Positions 28,109 through 37,796 of a stretch of DNA of 45,477 nt are shown here, one piece after another. The notes beneath the pieces were generated by a model. The model did no database searches and was not told the DNA's origin. It saw only the letters and a list, made by a program, of their open reading frames with translations. Position 1 is the first letter of the stretch. Every line of letters starts with the position of its first letter. The stretch spans positions 1 through 45,477 of the forward strand of contig CABXDM010000004.1 of NCBI GenBank assembly GCA_902510965.1. Direction: 5' to 3'. The DNA comes from an uncultured Candidatus Actinomarina sp. (lineage in GTDB: Bacteria; Actinomycetota; Acidimicrobiia; Actinomarinales; Actinomarinaceae). The position numbers and the translations under genes were made by a program.

Positions 28109-28519
28109 TTATTTACAGTTTCCGCAGGCTCCAGAATAAATAAAATTATTATGGATTTTTGTAAACTGTGTCTCTTGGATCAACAGGCTATTAATTTTAT
28201 TGTAGGTCTTAGAGCTAACATCTAAAATTTTATTACAATTTATACATATTATGTGCATAGTGTTCTCATTATTTTTTAAAAAATAAATTCCTGAACCGTG
28301 CGCTTGATGAAGGTGTGCTATTAATCCTATTTCTCCCAATAGTTCTAAAGTTCTGTAAACAGTAGCAAGGTCTATATTTGAATTTTTTTTAATTACCTTC
28401 TGGTATATTTCGTCAACAGTAAAGTGTGCGTGTCCAGATTCTTCAAGAATTTTACATATAAGTTCTCTTGATTGTGTTACTCTATGACCTTTTTTCTTAA
28501 TCTGACTTATCAATTCCAT
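28109..28519 (-). CDS. nur: Fur-family metalloregulator, Nur-like (probable ATG start at 28519)
   Basis: RVTQSR, ATVYRTLELLGEIGLIAHLHQAHG (Nur-type HxHxxHG), HIICINC, C-terminal CGNC; adjacent to Ni/Co ECF genes. Confidence 0.75.
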   Translation of the reverse strand: MELISQIKKKGHRVTQSRELICKILEESGHAHFTVDEIYQKVIKKNSNIDLATVYRTLELLGEIGLIAHLHQAHGSGIYFLKNNENTMHIICINCNKILDVSSKTYNKINSLLIQETQFTKIHNNFIYSGACGNCK

Positions 28520-28558
28520 GTTCAAAGTATAATTTACTTGAACCAGAAAATTAATTTT

Positions 28559-29032
28559 ATGAAAAATTCAATTATTAAAATACTAAACAGATATAGCTTA
28601 ATTTATTTACCATTTGGATGGGTTGTTGGTCTGGCAGTCATTTTCATTGCTTATAAGCCTATTGCTATTTTATATTTTTTAAGCTTTGTAGTATTGGGTT
28701 CATTTTTTGGTCTCTATTTATTTACTTCAAATAGAGGTAAAGTTATAGATGATCATGACTTTGCAGCAAGTCCATTCACAATTATTGAGTATTATTCCGA
28801 TTATTGACTTGGATGTAGTGCTTCAAAATTCATAGTTAATGAATTCAAAAAAAACAAACCAGAAATCCCAATTGTCTCTGTCAATGCTTCAAAGAAGGAT
28901 TACAACGAGATAGTTGAGAAGTATGGTTTAGAATTTACACCAACTTATGTTCTCGTTGATAATAATGCTGAAAAAATTTATAAAAGAGTCGGTAATTTCA
29001 AACTAGAAAAATTCACATCCCTTACAATATAA
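28559..29032 (+). CDS. Membrane-anchored thioredoxin-like protein with an in-frame TGA (28805-28807) in a UxxC motif; putative selenoprotein, 157 aa
   Basis: Reading through the TGA gives IIEYYSDY-U-LGC...YGLEFTPTYVLVD...YKRVG; the frame stays open for 74 more codons to TAA at 29030-29032, abutting the convergent csaA stop. Confidence 0.75.
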
Positions 29033-29368
29033 TTAAGCTATTTTATCACCAACAGATGCATTTATTTCTGGTGACAATAGTTCAACTGTACGATCTTTAG
29101 AAATTGAACCCAATACCAAGCATTGACTCATTATTGGACCAATTTGTCTGTCACCAAGATTAATTATTGCGATACATTTTCTACCAAGGAGTGATTTTTT
29201 ACTGTAATTTGTCACTTGAGCACTAGTTTTCTTAATTCCAATTTCTTTTCCAAAATTTATTTTGATAATATAGGAAGGATTTTTCGCTTCAGGAAAGTCT
29301 AGAACATCAAGAATTTCACCAACTCGAATATCTAGTGAAGTGAAATTTTTTAAGTTATCCTGTCCCAT
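29033..29368 (-). CDS. csaA: tRNA-binding / export chaperone CsaA (Trbp111-like OB fold)
   Basis: LDIRVGEI..FPEAKNPSY...FG.EIG.K.TSAQ.T.Y, NL..RQIG..SQCLVLG. Confidence 0.9.
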   Translation of the reverse strand: MGQDNLKNFTSLDIRVGEILDVLDFPEAKNPSYIIKINFGKEIGIKKTSAQVTNYSKKSLLGRKCIAIINLGDRQIGPIMSQCLVLGSISKDRTVELLSPEINASVGDKIA

Positions 29369-29396
29369 AATTCAAAGTTAATTGCATAATTAAGGG

Positions 29397-29936
29397 ATGT
29401 CAAAAATTCTATTACTTTCAGCTGGTACTTCAGAAAATTCTGGTAATAAAAAGGCAGCTCAGTATGCATCAGGATATTTAGAAGAAAAAAAAATTAAAAC
29501 ATATCTATTTGATAATCTATACAGCGAAATACCTTTCATATTAGAGGGCGGTATAGTCCAACCAGATAAAATTATTGAGATTAGAGATGCTCTAATTGAA
29601 TGTGATCAAATAATAATTTTTAGTCCAGTTTTTAATGGTGGATATGCGTCTCATCTTAAAAATACACTAGATTGGCTCTCCCTTGCGTTTAATGAATATA
29701 AGTACAATGAACTTTTTCAAAATAAAAAAGCAGCAATTGTTTCTGCGGTACTCGGCAAAGGCGGAAATTCTTATGATGCTTATAGTTCACTTTCGAGCCA
29801 ACTTGAGAATTATGGTTTAAACGTTTTTAAAGACTTTTATTTATTTTCCTCAGAAAATAACTTAGATAAAAAGCTTGAAGAAAGTACTCAGCATCCAGAA
29901 TTTAATACTTTCTTAGATGAGTACTTAGGAAGCTAA
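29397..29936 (+). CDS. NAD(P)H-dependent FMN reductase (flavodoxin-like)
   Basis: SPVFNGGYASHLKNTLDWLS matches the P.YN....LKNA.DWLS motif. Confidence 0.85.
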   Translation: MSKILLLSAGTSENSGNKKAAQYASGYLEEKKIKTYLFDNLYSEIPFILEGGIVQPDKIIEIRDALIECDQIIIFSPVFNGGYASHLKNTLDWLSLAFNEYKYNELFQNKKAAIVSAVLGKGGNSYDAYSSLSSQLENYGLNVFKDFYLFSSENNLDKKLEESTQHPEFNTFLDEYLGS

Positions 29937-30650
29937 GTTCTCACTTACTTTTAAATAAATCAAATTAGTAAGTTCGTCAATATCATAATCTTCTATATTT
30001 GTAATTGGATCTAATATTTGGACATGAATTTTTCCAGATTTAAACCAAACTGATCCCTTGATCATTAAGTTGTGTGAATTGTGTGTTACAACAGGAATAA
30101 TTGGTAAATCAAACTGTTTAGCAACATGTGCCGCCCCTTTTTTAAAAGGGAGCAAGTCTTTTTGATTACTTCTTGTGCCTTCAGGAAAGATCATTATGGA
30201 GTTTTTATTGTCAATAACCCTTTGAATTGACTCATTAATTTTTGGAAGATTCATTTGAGCATTTTTTCTGTCTATTCTAGGTAGGCCAAGAACCTTAAGA
30301 GCACGACTTAATATAGGTATTCTAAAAAGCTCAGTCTTAGTAAGAAATCTAATTGAAACGGGTAAGGCGGTGATGTGAGTAAATATATCAAGAGTAGAAG
30401 GATGATTAGATATAACAACATAGCTCTGAGATGCGTCTATTTTTTCGGCACCGGTAACTTTTAAATCAATCCCTGCAGCTATTAATCCCGATAAACCAAA
30501 AATGTTATATAGTTTTGTACCCAGTATCTTACCGTTAGGTAAAAAGGAAGCGAAGATAATTACTAATAAAAGTATTCCAAAAAAGGTTATATATAAAGGA
30601 AATAACATAAATGTCCGGAGCATGTCTTTAGGAGTTATTTGAAGACTCAT
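29925..30650 (-). CDS. plsC: 1-acyl-sn-glycerol-3-phosphate acyltransferase
   Basis: SNHPSTLD (HX4D), IDR, FPEGTRS, FKKGA. Confidence 0.93.
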   Translation of the reverse strand: MSLQITPKDMLRTFMLFPLYITFFGILLLVIIFASFLPNGKILGTKLYNIFGLSGLIAAGIDLKVTGAEKIDASQSYVVISNHPSTLDIFTHITALPVSIRFLTKTELFRIPILSRALKVLGLPRIDRKNAQMNLPKINESIQRVIDNKNSIMIFPEGTRSNQKDLLPFKKGAAHVAKQFDLPIIPVVTHNSHNLMIKGSVWFKSGKIHVQILDPITNIEDYDIDELTNLIYLKVSENLAS

Positions 30651-30704
30651 AAAGCTATCTTATACATATTTTTTAATTTTCTATTAATAAGTAATTATAA
30701 CAAT

Positions 30705-31298
30705 TTACCTAAGGTCAAAATAAGGAATGACTAATTGGACAACTGGTCCAATTGATATGGCTATTACAACTGAAGATAAACCAACAGTTCCACCAAGTAA
30801 CCAACCCAGAGTTAGTGCAGTGACTTCTATTACGTTCCTAGCCATTCCAATTTTTAATCCCTTGCTTTCGAGACCCACCATTACGCCGTCTCTTGGTCCA
30901 GAACCCATGTCTGCTCCAACATATATTGCAGTTCCAGAGCCTATACATAGTATTCCTATAAAGACAAATATCCACTTAAGGACTAAAGTTTCTGCATTAA
31001 GATCTAAACTAATTACTAAATCTGCAACAGTCCCTATCCAGAAAATATCAACAAGTGTTGCAATTCCAGGTTTTTGTTTAAGTGGTATCCATAAAAGTGT
31101 TACAAAAATGCCTGTAGCTATGATTGCATTCCCAAAGGTGAGGTTTGTATTAAGGGAGATACCTTCGTGAAACACTCCCCATGGCCCTAGCCCCAATTTT
31201 GACGAAAAATTTAATGCAACGCCGGTACCGATTAAAGTTGTGCCTACTAATACTTGTATTACTTTTCTTGAGGTTAAAGCCATATTCAAATCTAGCAT
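30705..31298 (-). CDS. YczE/YyaS/YitT family membrane protein
   Basis: LGLGPWGVFHEG, KPGIAT, MGSGPRDG, GWLLGGTVG, IGPVVQ. Confidence 0.85.
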   Translation of the reverse strand: MLDLNMALTSRKVIQVLVGTTLIGTGVALNFSSKLGLGPWGVFHEGISLNTNLTFGNAIIATGIFVTLLWIPLKQKPGIATLVDIFWIGTVADLVISLDLNAETLVLKWIFVFIGILCIGSGTAIYVGADMGSGPRDGVMVGLESKGLKIGMARNVIEVTALTLGWLLGGTVGLSSVVIAISIGPVVQLVIPYFDLR

Positions 31299-31334
31299 TT
31301 TATGTCTTTAAAGAATCAGTACTACAATAAAAAT

Positions 31335-32042
31335 ATGAAAAAATTATTAATCTTAATTCTATTCTTCTCATTCTGTTCATCTCAAGATACAGTATCAGAT
31401 GAGGAGTTATCTGTTGAAAGTACAATTTTAGAGATTCAAGAAACTGATGATACATCCACAACAACAAGTATTGAGGTTACTCAACTGGAATCTTTTGATG
31501 GAGCCATATACACAGTGAATAAAGAATTAAGTACAGTTAGCTACCTTGCGCCTAAACAATTTCTCAATGCAAATTTAGAGATAGTAGAGGGGATAACTAA
31601 TGAAGTTTCTGGAGATTTCGAATTAACCCTAGGAGAGTGTGATTTAGCTGATTCTTGTTTACAGGTTAGAAACTTATCCATAACTGCCGATTTATCGACA
31701 TTAAAAAGTAGTAGCAGTATAAGAGATAGTGCCATCAAGACTAAATGGCTAGAGTCAAAGATCTTCCCAAATGCGGTTTACAGTGTTGATGAAATTGTAT
31801 TACCAAATAATAATTTTGACTCCAAAATAGACGAGACAATAGTTGGCGTTCTCAGTATCAGAAATATTGAGATAAACGTACCTTTTTCAATAACAGCTTT
31901 TATGGAGGATGATAAGGTTTATGTTACAGGCGTAACTGAAATTGATACAACCTGGTTTGGCTTTGATGCACCTACAAAATTTAACGCATGGGAAGTTTTA
32001 AACCCTATAGGTATAAAGATATCGATAGTAGCTGAAAAATAA
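31335..32042 (+). CDS. YceI-family lipid/polyisoprenoid-binding protein, probably a lipoprotein (probable ATG start at 31335)
   Basis: Signal MKKLLILILFFSFC, acidic Ser/Thr linker, STVSY, ADLSTLKS..IRD..I...LE...FP.A, GVLSIR. Confidence 0.8.
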   Translation: MKKLLILILFFSFCSSQDTVSDEELSVESTILEIQETDDTSTTTSIEVTQLESFDGAIYTVNKELSTVSYLAPKQFLNANLEIVEGITNEVSGDFELTLGECDLADSCLQVRNLSITADLSTLKSSSSIRDSAIKTKWLESKIFPNAVYSVDEIVLPNNNFDSKIDETIVGVLSIRNIEINVPFSITAFMEDDKVYVTGVTEIDTTWFGFDAPTKFNAWEVLNPIGIKISIVAEK

Positions 32043-32045
32043 GAA

Positions 32046-32561
32046 TTGAAATCACACCTCGTATATGAAGATTTAAAACTTCCTTACAAAATACACGACG
32101 AGCCTTATGCAGCTGTCTCGATTTTAGTGTACAAAGAAAAAGAAGTTCTTTTTATTAAAAGATCAAATGATATGCCAACCCATAAAGGCCATATTGCTTT
32201 TCCTGGAGGAAAAAAAGAACAAAGAGATTTAAATATTGTAGAAACTGCTGTGAGGGAAGCATCCGAAGAGCTATTAATTTTAAAAAATGATGTTGAACCC
32301 TTTGGTGTCCTAGAACCAGTCGACACAATAGAATTTAAATACAATGTTTTTCCTATTTTATGTAGGTTGCATAAAAAACCAGAATCCTTCAACAAGTCAG
32401 AAGTACAGGAAATTTTTTTCGTTTCTATTGATGAATTAAGTAATCAACAAAACTGGAGGTTTAGAGGAATTTATCCAAATGATTGGATATTTAAAATCCA
32501 TAATGAGACTCTCTGGGGTGCAACAGCAAAAATGACACGGGAGTTACTTGGCTTGGCGTGA
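32046..32561 (+). CDS. Nudix hydrolase, CoA pyrophosphatase (NudL-like)
   Basis: KRS....HKGHIAFPGGK, ETAVREASEE, NKSEV, LWGATA. Confidence 0.9.
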   Translation: MKSHLVYEDLKLPYKIHDEPYAAVSILVYKEKEVLFIKRSNDMPTHKGHIAFPGGKKEQRDLNIVETAVREASEELLILKNDVEPFGVLEPVDTIEFKYNVFPILCRLHKKPESFNKSEVQEIFFVSIDELSNQQNWRFRGIYPNDWIFKIHNETLWGATAKMTRELLGLA

Positions 32562-33458
32562 ATTGGTGAGTTCATCTTTTACAGCTAGATAAAGAGAGAT
32601 AAATATCATTGTCAAAGTGACAAAAAATATATTACTTATAACTTCGTCTAGAAAAATGTACCCAACTATTATTCCAACAATTGGAACAACATAATCAACA
32701 AGAGTTGTAAACGTAGCGGAAAGTCTTTTGATGGTGTAAAAAAATAACGAGTAGTTGAAAATATCTATAAAAACTAAACCAAGAAGCTTCAAAATCTCTG
32801 GCTGGGTTAAAAGTACCACTCTTCCACCAAGGAAATTGAATAATACTATTGAGATGAGGGTTGCAGCAATCCACTGTGTTAAGAGGTATGTTTTTGCTGG
32901 AATAATTTGTGAATCTTTTTTATTTGTAATATTACTTATTGCTAGACCCTGAACCCCAAGTAAGGCTAACAATCCACCAATTAAAAGACTACCTTCCTCA
33001 GACAGTCCTGTTACCCCAGATAAAAATAATGCAATTAACCCTAGTAATCCTATTGCAACAGATGAAACTTTTAACTTAGTAATTTTTTCTTCCTTGTAAA
33101 AAAAATATACCCAAAATACTGTAAACATAGGAATTGTTGAAATAAATATACTTTGTAATCCAGACGAGATATTTTTTAAAGCATATATAAAAGTCCATCC
33201 TGGAATAAATATCGCAAGAAAGCCGGTCCAACTACCTCTTAATAGGTAATTAAAATTTATTTCAGATTTAAATTCCCTAAAGCAGTAGAAAAAAAGAATC
33301 AGTGTAACAATTGTGATACGAGATGTGACAATATAAATTTCTTCAACACCATCAATAAGTAGACTTCTATTAAGTAAACCGTGAAAACCAAATAGTGAGC
33401 CAATCAATATAATATTCCTTAATCCTGAGTATGGAGACATTGTATATTCAGGTTTCAT
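32544..33458 (-). CDS. DMT/EamA family transporter
   Basis: About 10 TM segments, ISSG...IST.PMFT, EKIT, Y.VP..G...G...LDE. Confidence 0.85.
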   Translation of the reverse strand: MKPEYTMSPYSGLRNIILIGSLFGFHGLLNRSLLIDGVEEIYIVTSRITIVTLILFFYCFREFKSEINFNYLLRGSWTGFLAIFIPGWTFIYALKNISSGLQSIFISTIPMFTVFWVYFFYKEEKITKLKVSSVAIGLLGLIALFLSGVTGLSEEGSLLIGGLLALLGVQGLAISNITNKKDSQIIPAKTYLLTQWIAATLISIVLFNFLGGRVVLLTQPEILKLLGLVFIDIFNYSLFFYTIKRLSATFTTLVDYVVPIVGIIVGYIFLDEVISNIFFVTLTMIFISLYLAVKDELTNSRQAK

Positions 33459-33498
33459 AAGCTACTCCAAATTGATTTAAGACATTAGAATAGCAGAT

Positions 33499-34470
33499 AT
33501 GAAAACTGTTTTTTCTGGCATACAGCCAACAGGAAAAGTTCACTTAGGAAACTTTTTGGGCGCAATAAAAAATTGGGTCCATCTATCAAATGAAGAAAAT
33601 AAAAACTTTTTTTGTGTTGTAGATCTTCATTCCATTACAACACACCCAGATCCCAAGGAATTGAAATCCAATATTGAACAGACTCTTAAGTTGCTAATTG
33701 CTGCCGGCATAAATTTAGATAATTCAATTATTTATGCACAAAGTAGTGTCCCTCAACATGCATATTTATCATGGATACTCTCAAGTTTTTGTCAAGTTGG
33801 AGAACTTCAAAGAATGACACAATACAAAGAAAAAGCTGACAGTCTTGGGAGTCATGCTGGGATTTTTACATATCCTGTGCTTATGGCATCTGATATATTA
33901 ATTCATAAAGCTAATGAAGTACCAGTAGGAGATGATCAAACGCAACACTTGGAGTTAACTAGAAATATCGCCGAAAGGTTTAATAATAAATATGGAGTAG
34001 TTTTCCCTTTACCTGAAAAATCTTCTGGAAAATCTGGGGCTAGGTTAATGTCATTGAAACATCCTGATAGTAAAATGTCTAAAAGTTCAGATGATATCAA
34101 TGGCACAATTTATTTTGATGATGATAAGGATACAATAATGAAAAAATTTAAATCATCGGTTACAGATTCAGACGATATTATTCAATATAATTTAAGTGAA
34201 AAAAAAGGGATAAGCAATCTCATAGACATATATGCTTCTATAAATGGGCTGTCTCATAAGGAAGTCGAAAAAACATTCACAGATTCCCGGTATGGAGAAT
34301 TTAAAATGGCAGTTGGTGAATGTGTCGCAGATTACTTAAACCCAATTAATCTTAAATTTACAGAACTTGAAAAAGAAAATATTTCGGAAATAGTCAAAAT
34401 CAATCTTCAAGAGGCCCAAACTTCTGCAGAAGTAACGATAAAAGAAGTAAATAATATTCTAGGTCTCTGA
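33499..34470 (+). CDS. trpS: Tryptophanyl-tRNA synthetase
   Basis: SGIQPTG..HLGN, YPVLMASDIL, VPVGDDQTQH, KMSKS. Confidence 0.98.
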   Translation: MKTVFSGIQPTGKVHLGNFLGAIKNWVHLSNEENKNFFCVVDLHSITTHPDPKELKSNIEQTLKLLIAAGINLDNSIIYAQSSVPQHAYLSWILSSFCQVGELQRMTQYKEKADSLGSHAGIFTYPVLMASDILIHKANEVPVGDDQTQHLELTRNIAERFNNKYGVVFPLPEKSSGKSGARLMSLKHPDSKMSKSSDDINGTIYFDDDKDTIMKKFKSSVTDSDDIIQYNLSEKKGISNLIDIYASINGLSHKEVEKTFTDSRYGEFKMAVGECVADYLNPINLKFTELEKENISEIVKINLQEAQTSAEVTIKEVNNILGL

Positions 34471-34474
34471 AATC

Positions 34475-36610
34475 ATGGTTAATAATCTACCTATTCCAGA
34501 AGAGTGGAAGAGTCTAGTTAACGAAAAGCAAAAAGAAGCAATTGAATATACAGATGGACCATTACTTATAGTTGCTGGAGCGGGATCTGGTAAAACAAGG
34601 GTATTAACATATAGGTACGCGCACTTAGTCATGAACTGTTCAATAAACTACTCAAATATATTAGCAATTACTTTCACCAACAAAGCAGCAAACGAAATGA
34701 AGGAAAGAATTAGTAAGCTCTTAGGTTTGGATGTTTCACCTAAATGGATTTCAACATTTCATAGTTCTTGTGTAAAAATTTTACGCACACATGGCCAGTT
34801 AATTGGATATAAAAGTAATTTTACAATTTACGATCAATCAGATTCTTCAAAATTGATAAGGAATTGTATGAGAGAAAATAATGTGGATCTTAAACAATAT
34901 TCACCTAGAAGATTTCAAGCCGCTATTTCTGGATTAAAAAATATGAGAACTAGTCCAGGGGAAGCAATTGAATTTGCTGAAACTTTTTTTGATGTAAAAG
35001 TTGCTGAAATTTATACCTCTTATGAAAAAAAATTAATGTTAGCCAATTCAATGGATTTTGATGATTTGTTAATTAAAACAGTAGATTTACTTGAAACAAA
35101 TGAAGAAGCATTAAAATTTTGGTCATCGAAGTTCCAATATATTATGGTCGATGAATATCAAGATACAAACCTGGTGCAGTATAAGTTAATAGAACTTCTA
35201 TCTTCTAGGCATAAAAATTTGTGTGTAGTGGGGGATTCAGATCAAAGTATTTATGCATTTAGAGGTGCAGATATAAGAAACATACAAGAATTCGAAAAAG
35301 ATTTCCAAAATGCAAAAATTATTACCTTAGATAAAAACTACCGATCTTCTCAAAATATTTTAGATATTGCAAATGCAGTAATTTCAAACAATCCAAGAAC
35401 ACAGGATAAAAAGTTATGGACTGACAATTCAAGCGGGATGGATGTAAATGTAGCAGAATTCAGCTCAGAAAGAGATGAGGCAAAATGGATTACCTCTGAA
35501 ATACAGGAGATTTTAAAAAAGGACAAAAAAATGGAAATTGCTATTTTTTATAGAACAAATAATCAATCAAGAATATTTGAAGAAGAGTTAAGACGTAATA
35601 GCATTAATTATAAAATTGTTGGAAATGTAAGATTTTACGATAGAAAAGAAATAAAAGATATACTTTCGTATCTAAATTATTTAGTAAATCCTGATGACAC
35701 GGTTTCCTTTGAAAGGGTTCTTAATGTTCCAAAAAGAGGGATAGGGGAATCCACTTTACAAAAATTAAGAGATTTCTCTAGTTCAAAGGACTTATCGGTT
35801 TCGAATGCACTAGATGATTTTGAAAGTTTAGATTTCTTGTCAGCACGAATTCTTAATAAGCTTCAAGAATTTAAAGACTTAATAATAGATTTAAAAGGCC
35901 ACGCAATAAAAGGTCCTTCAGAAGCAATTATCAAAACCTTAGAGCTAACAGGATACAAAAATCAGCTAATTAAAGATAGCACACTTGAATCCCAAATGAG
36001 AATCGAAAATCTTGATGAACTAATTAACTCAGCTTTCGAATTTGAAAACCTTTACGAAGAAGATGTTGATGATCCTTATATAGTTCTTAGAGATTATTTA
36101 GAATCTCTAGCTTTGTTCACAAACACTGACAGTATAGAAGATGAAGATAATGTATTGTTGATGACCTTACATAACGCAAAAGGTCTTGAATTTCCTTATG
36201 TTTTTATGACTGGTATGGAGGAAAATATTTTTCCTAGTCAAAAATCAGAAAGTGAATTTGAAGTACAAGAGGAAAGAAGGCTATGTTATGTGGGAATGAC
36301 CCGTGCTGAGCAAAAACTTTATTTAACCTACTCTCAAACAAGAACGCTATGGGGAGGTACTACGTATAATTTAAAAAGTCGATTTTTAGATGAATCAGAA
36401 AACTTTTTTCAAGAAATCAAAGTTAAAGATTTTAGTGCCACTTCAGCTACCTCACCTGGGATTGGAAAAGTAGGAAATACTGTCACACATGAAAAATATG
36501 GAAAAGGATTAATTGAAGAAATTTCAGGCAATGAAATTACTATCAATTTTGGTGGTGAATGGGGTGTTAAATATCTAGATATAGAGTGGGCCCCGTTAAA
36601 ATTTGATTGA
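34475..36610 (+). CDS. pcrA: ATP-dependent DNA helicase PcrA/UvrD
   Basis: AGAGSGKT, TFTNKAA, VDEYQD, VGDSDQSIY.FRGA, NYRS, KGLEF, EERRLCYVGMTRA, C-terminal Tudor-like H.KYG.G. Confidence 0.96.
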   Translation: MVNNLPIPEEWKSLVNEKQKEAIEYTDGPLLIVAGAGSGKTRVLTYRYAHLVMNCSINYSNILAITFTNKAANEMKERISKLLGLDVSPKWISTFHSSCVKILRTHGQLIGYKSNFTIYDQSDSSKLIRNCMRENNVDLKQYSPRRFQAAISGLKNMRTSPGEAIEFAETFFDVKVAEIYTSYEKKLMLANSMDFDDLLIKTVDLLETNEEALKFWSSKFQYIMVDEYQDTNLVQYKLIELLSSRHKNLCVVGDSDQSIYAFRGADIRNIQEFEKDFQNAKIITLDKNYRSSQNILDIANAVISNNPRTQDKKLWTDNSSGMDVNVAEFSSERDEAKWITSEIQEILKKDKKMEIAIFYRTNNQSRIFEEELRRNSINYKIVGNVRFYDRKEIKDILSYLNYLVNPDDTVSFERVLNVPKRGIGESTLQKLRDFSSSKDLSVSNALDDFESLDFLSARILNKLQEFKDLIIDLKGHAIKGPSEAIIKTLELTGYKNQLIKDSTLESQMRIENLDELINSAFEFENLYEEDVDDPYIVLRDYLESLALFTNTDSIEDEDNVLLMTLHNAKGLEFPYVFMTGMEENIFPSQKSESEFEVQEERRLCYVGMTRAEQKLYLTYSQTRTLWGGTTYNLKSRFLDESENFFQEIKVKDFSATSATSPGIGKVGNTVTHEKYGKGLIEEISGNEITINFGGEWGVKYLDIEWAPLKFD

Positions 36611-36662
36611 AATTCTTACCATGCATAAATTAATGAACTATATATAATTTGTAAGTTAAATT

Positions 36663-37796
36663 ATGGATTTATTTGAATATCAGGGAAAATCACTTTATGC
36701 AAACTATGATATTGCACATCCAAATTCTTTTCTTGTAAATAAAATTGAAGATTTAGAACATGGTTTCAATTTAAATTACCCTGTTGTTGTTAAAGCCCAA
36801 GTCCAAGTTGGAGGTAGGGGGAAAGCTGGTGGTATCAAATTAGCCACTAATAATGATGAACTCATTACGCACACTAATGAAATTCTTGGAATGGACATCA
36901 AAGGCCACACTGTTGAAAAAATCTTGATTGAAGAGGCTTCTGATATAAAAGAGGAGTACTACTTATCATTTACTCTTGATAGGTCAGAAAAAAAATATTT
37001 AATGATGTTAAGCGCAAAGGGTGGAATGGATATTGAGGCTGTTGCTGAAGAAAATCCAGACGATCTAACAATGATTCACATAGATCCCTCTAAAGAATTA
37101 GATGAAGCCGTGTTAATTGATGCAATAACTAACTCCAAGTTAAATCTTGATTATGAATCTGATTTAGTGGAAATAATAACTAGATTATTCAAACTATTTA
37201 TTTCTGGTGATTGTGACTTAGTAGAGGTAAATCCATTAGCAATAACTAGTAGCGGGGTAATGGCGTTAGATTCTAAAGTTTCATTGGATATGAATGCAAA
37301 ATATAGGCACGAAGACTTTGATCAAATTGAAAAAGATATACCAATTCCTCCTTCAGAAAAGTCTGCAAAAGAAAAGGGCTTAAATTTTATTAAACTTGAT
37401 GGCTCAGTAGGCATCATTGGCAACGGGGCAGGACTTGTTATGTCAACTCTTGATGTTGTAGCTGAATATGGTGGCAGTGCTGCTAATTTCCTAGACATAG
37501 GAGGTGGGGCAAAAGCAGAAACTGTGAGTGCTGCGCTAGAAGTTCTAGAAACAGATGACTCAGTGTCCAGTGTTTTTATAAATATATTTGGGGGAATAAC
37601 AAGATGTGATCTTGTTGCGCAAGGAATTGTAGAAGCAACTAAAGGAAAAGATCTTAAATGGCCAATAGTGATTCGACTTGATGGAACAAATGCTACAGAG
37701 GGATTAAAGATTCTCAGAGATAACCCTAATGAGAAAATAATTATTACTGAAACTATGAATGAAGCAGCTGAGTTATCCGTGAAAGGAAATAGATAA
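36663..37796 (+). CDS. sucC: Succinyl-CoA synthetase beta subunit
   Basis: [41 protein letters not shown]. Confidence 0.98.
   Translation: MDLFEYQGKSLYANYDIAHPNSFLVNKIEDLEHGFNLNYPVVVKAQVQVGGRGKAGGIKLATNNDELITHTNEILGMDIKGHTVEKILIEEASDIKEEYYLSFTLDRSEKKYLMMLSAKGGMDIEAVAEENPDDLTMIHIDPSKELDEAVLIDAITNSKLNLDYESDLVEIITRLFKLFISGDCDLVEVNPLAITSSGVMALDSKVSLDMNAKYRHEDFDQIEKDIPIPPSEKSAKEKGLNFIKLDGSVGIIGNGAGLVMSTLDVVAEYGGSAANFLDIGGGAKAETVSAALEVLETDDSVSSVFINIFGGITRCDLVAQGIVEATKGKDLKWPIVIRLDGTNATEGLKILRDNPNEKIIITETMNEAAELSVKGNR

Noticed and set aside
28805-28807. UGA read as Trp or Gly (alternative genetic code) to explain the read-through
   Set aside because: Many conserved genes here end at TGA at their expected C-termini (secY, infA, rplM, trpS, pcrA), Trp is encoded by TGG, and this TGA aligns with a Cys position.
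33459-33498. T-box or attenuator upstream of trpS
   Set aside because: The gap is only 40 nt and holds divergent initiation signals; no T-box motif, leader ORF or terminator.
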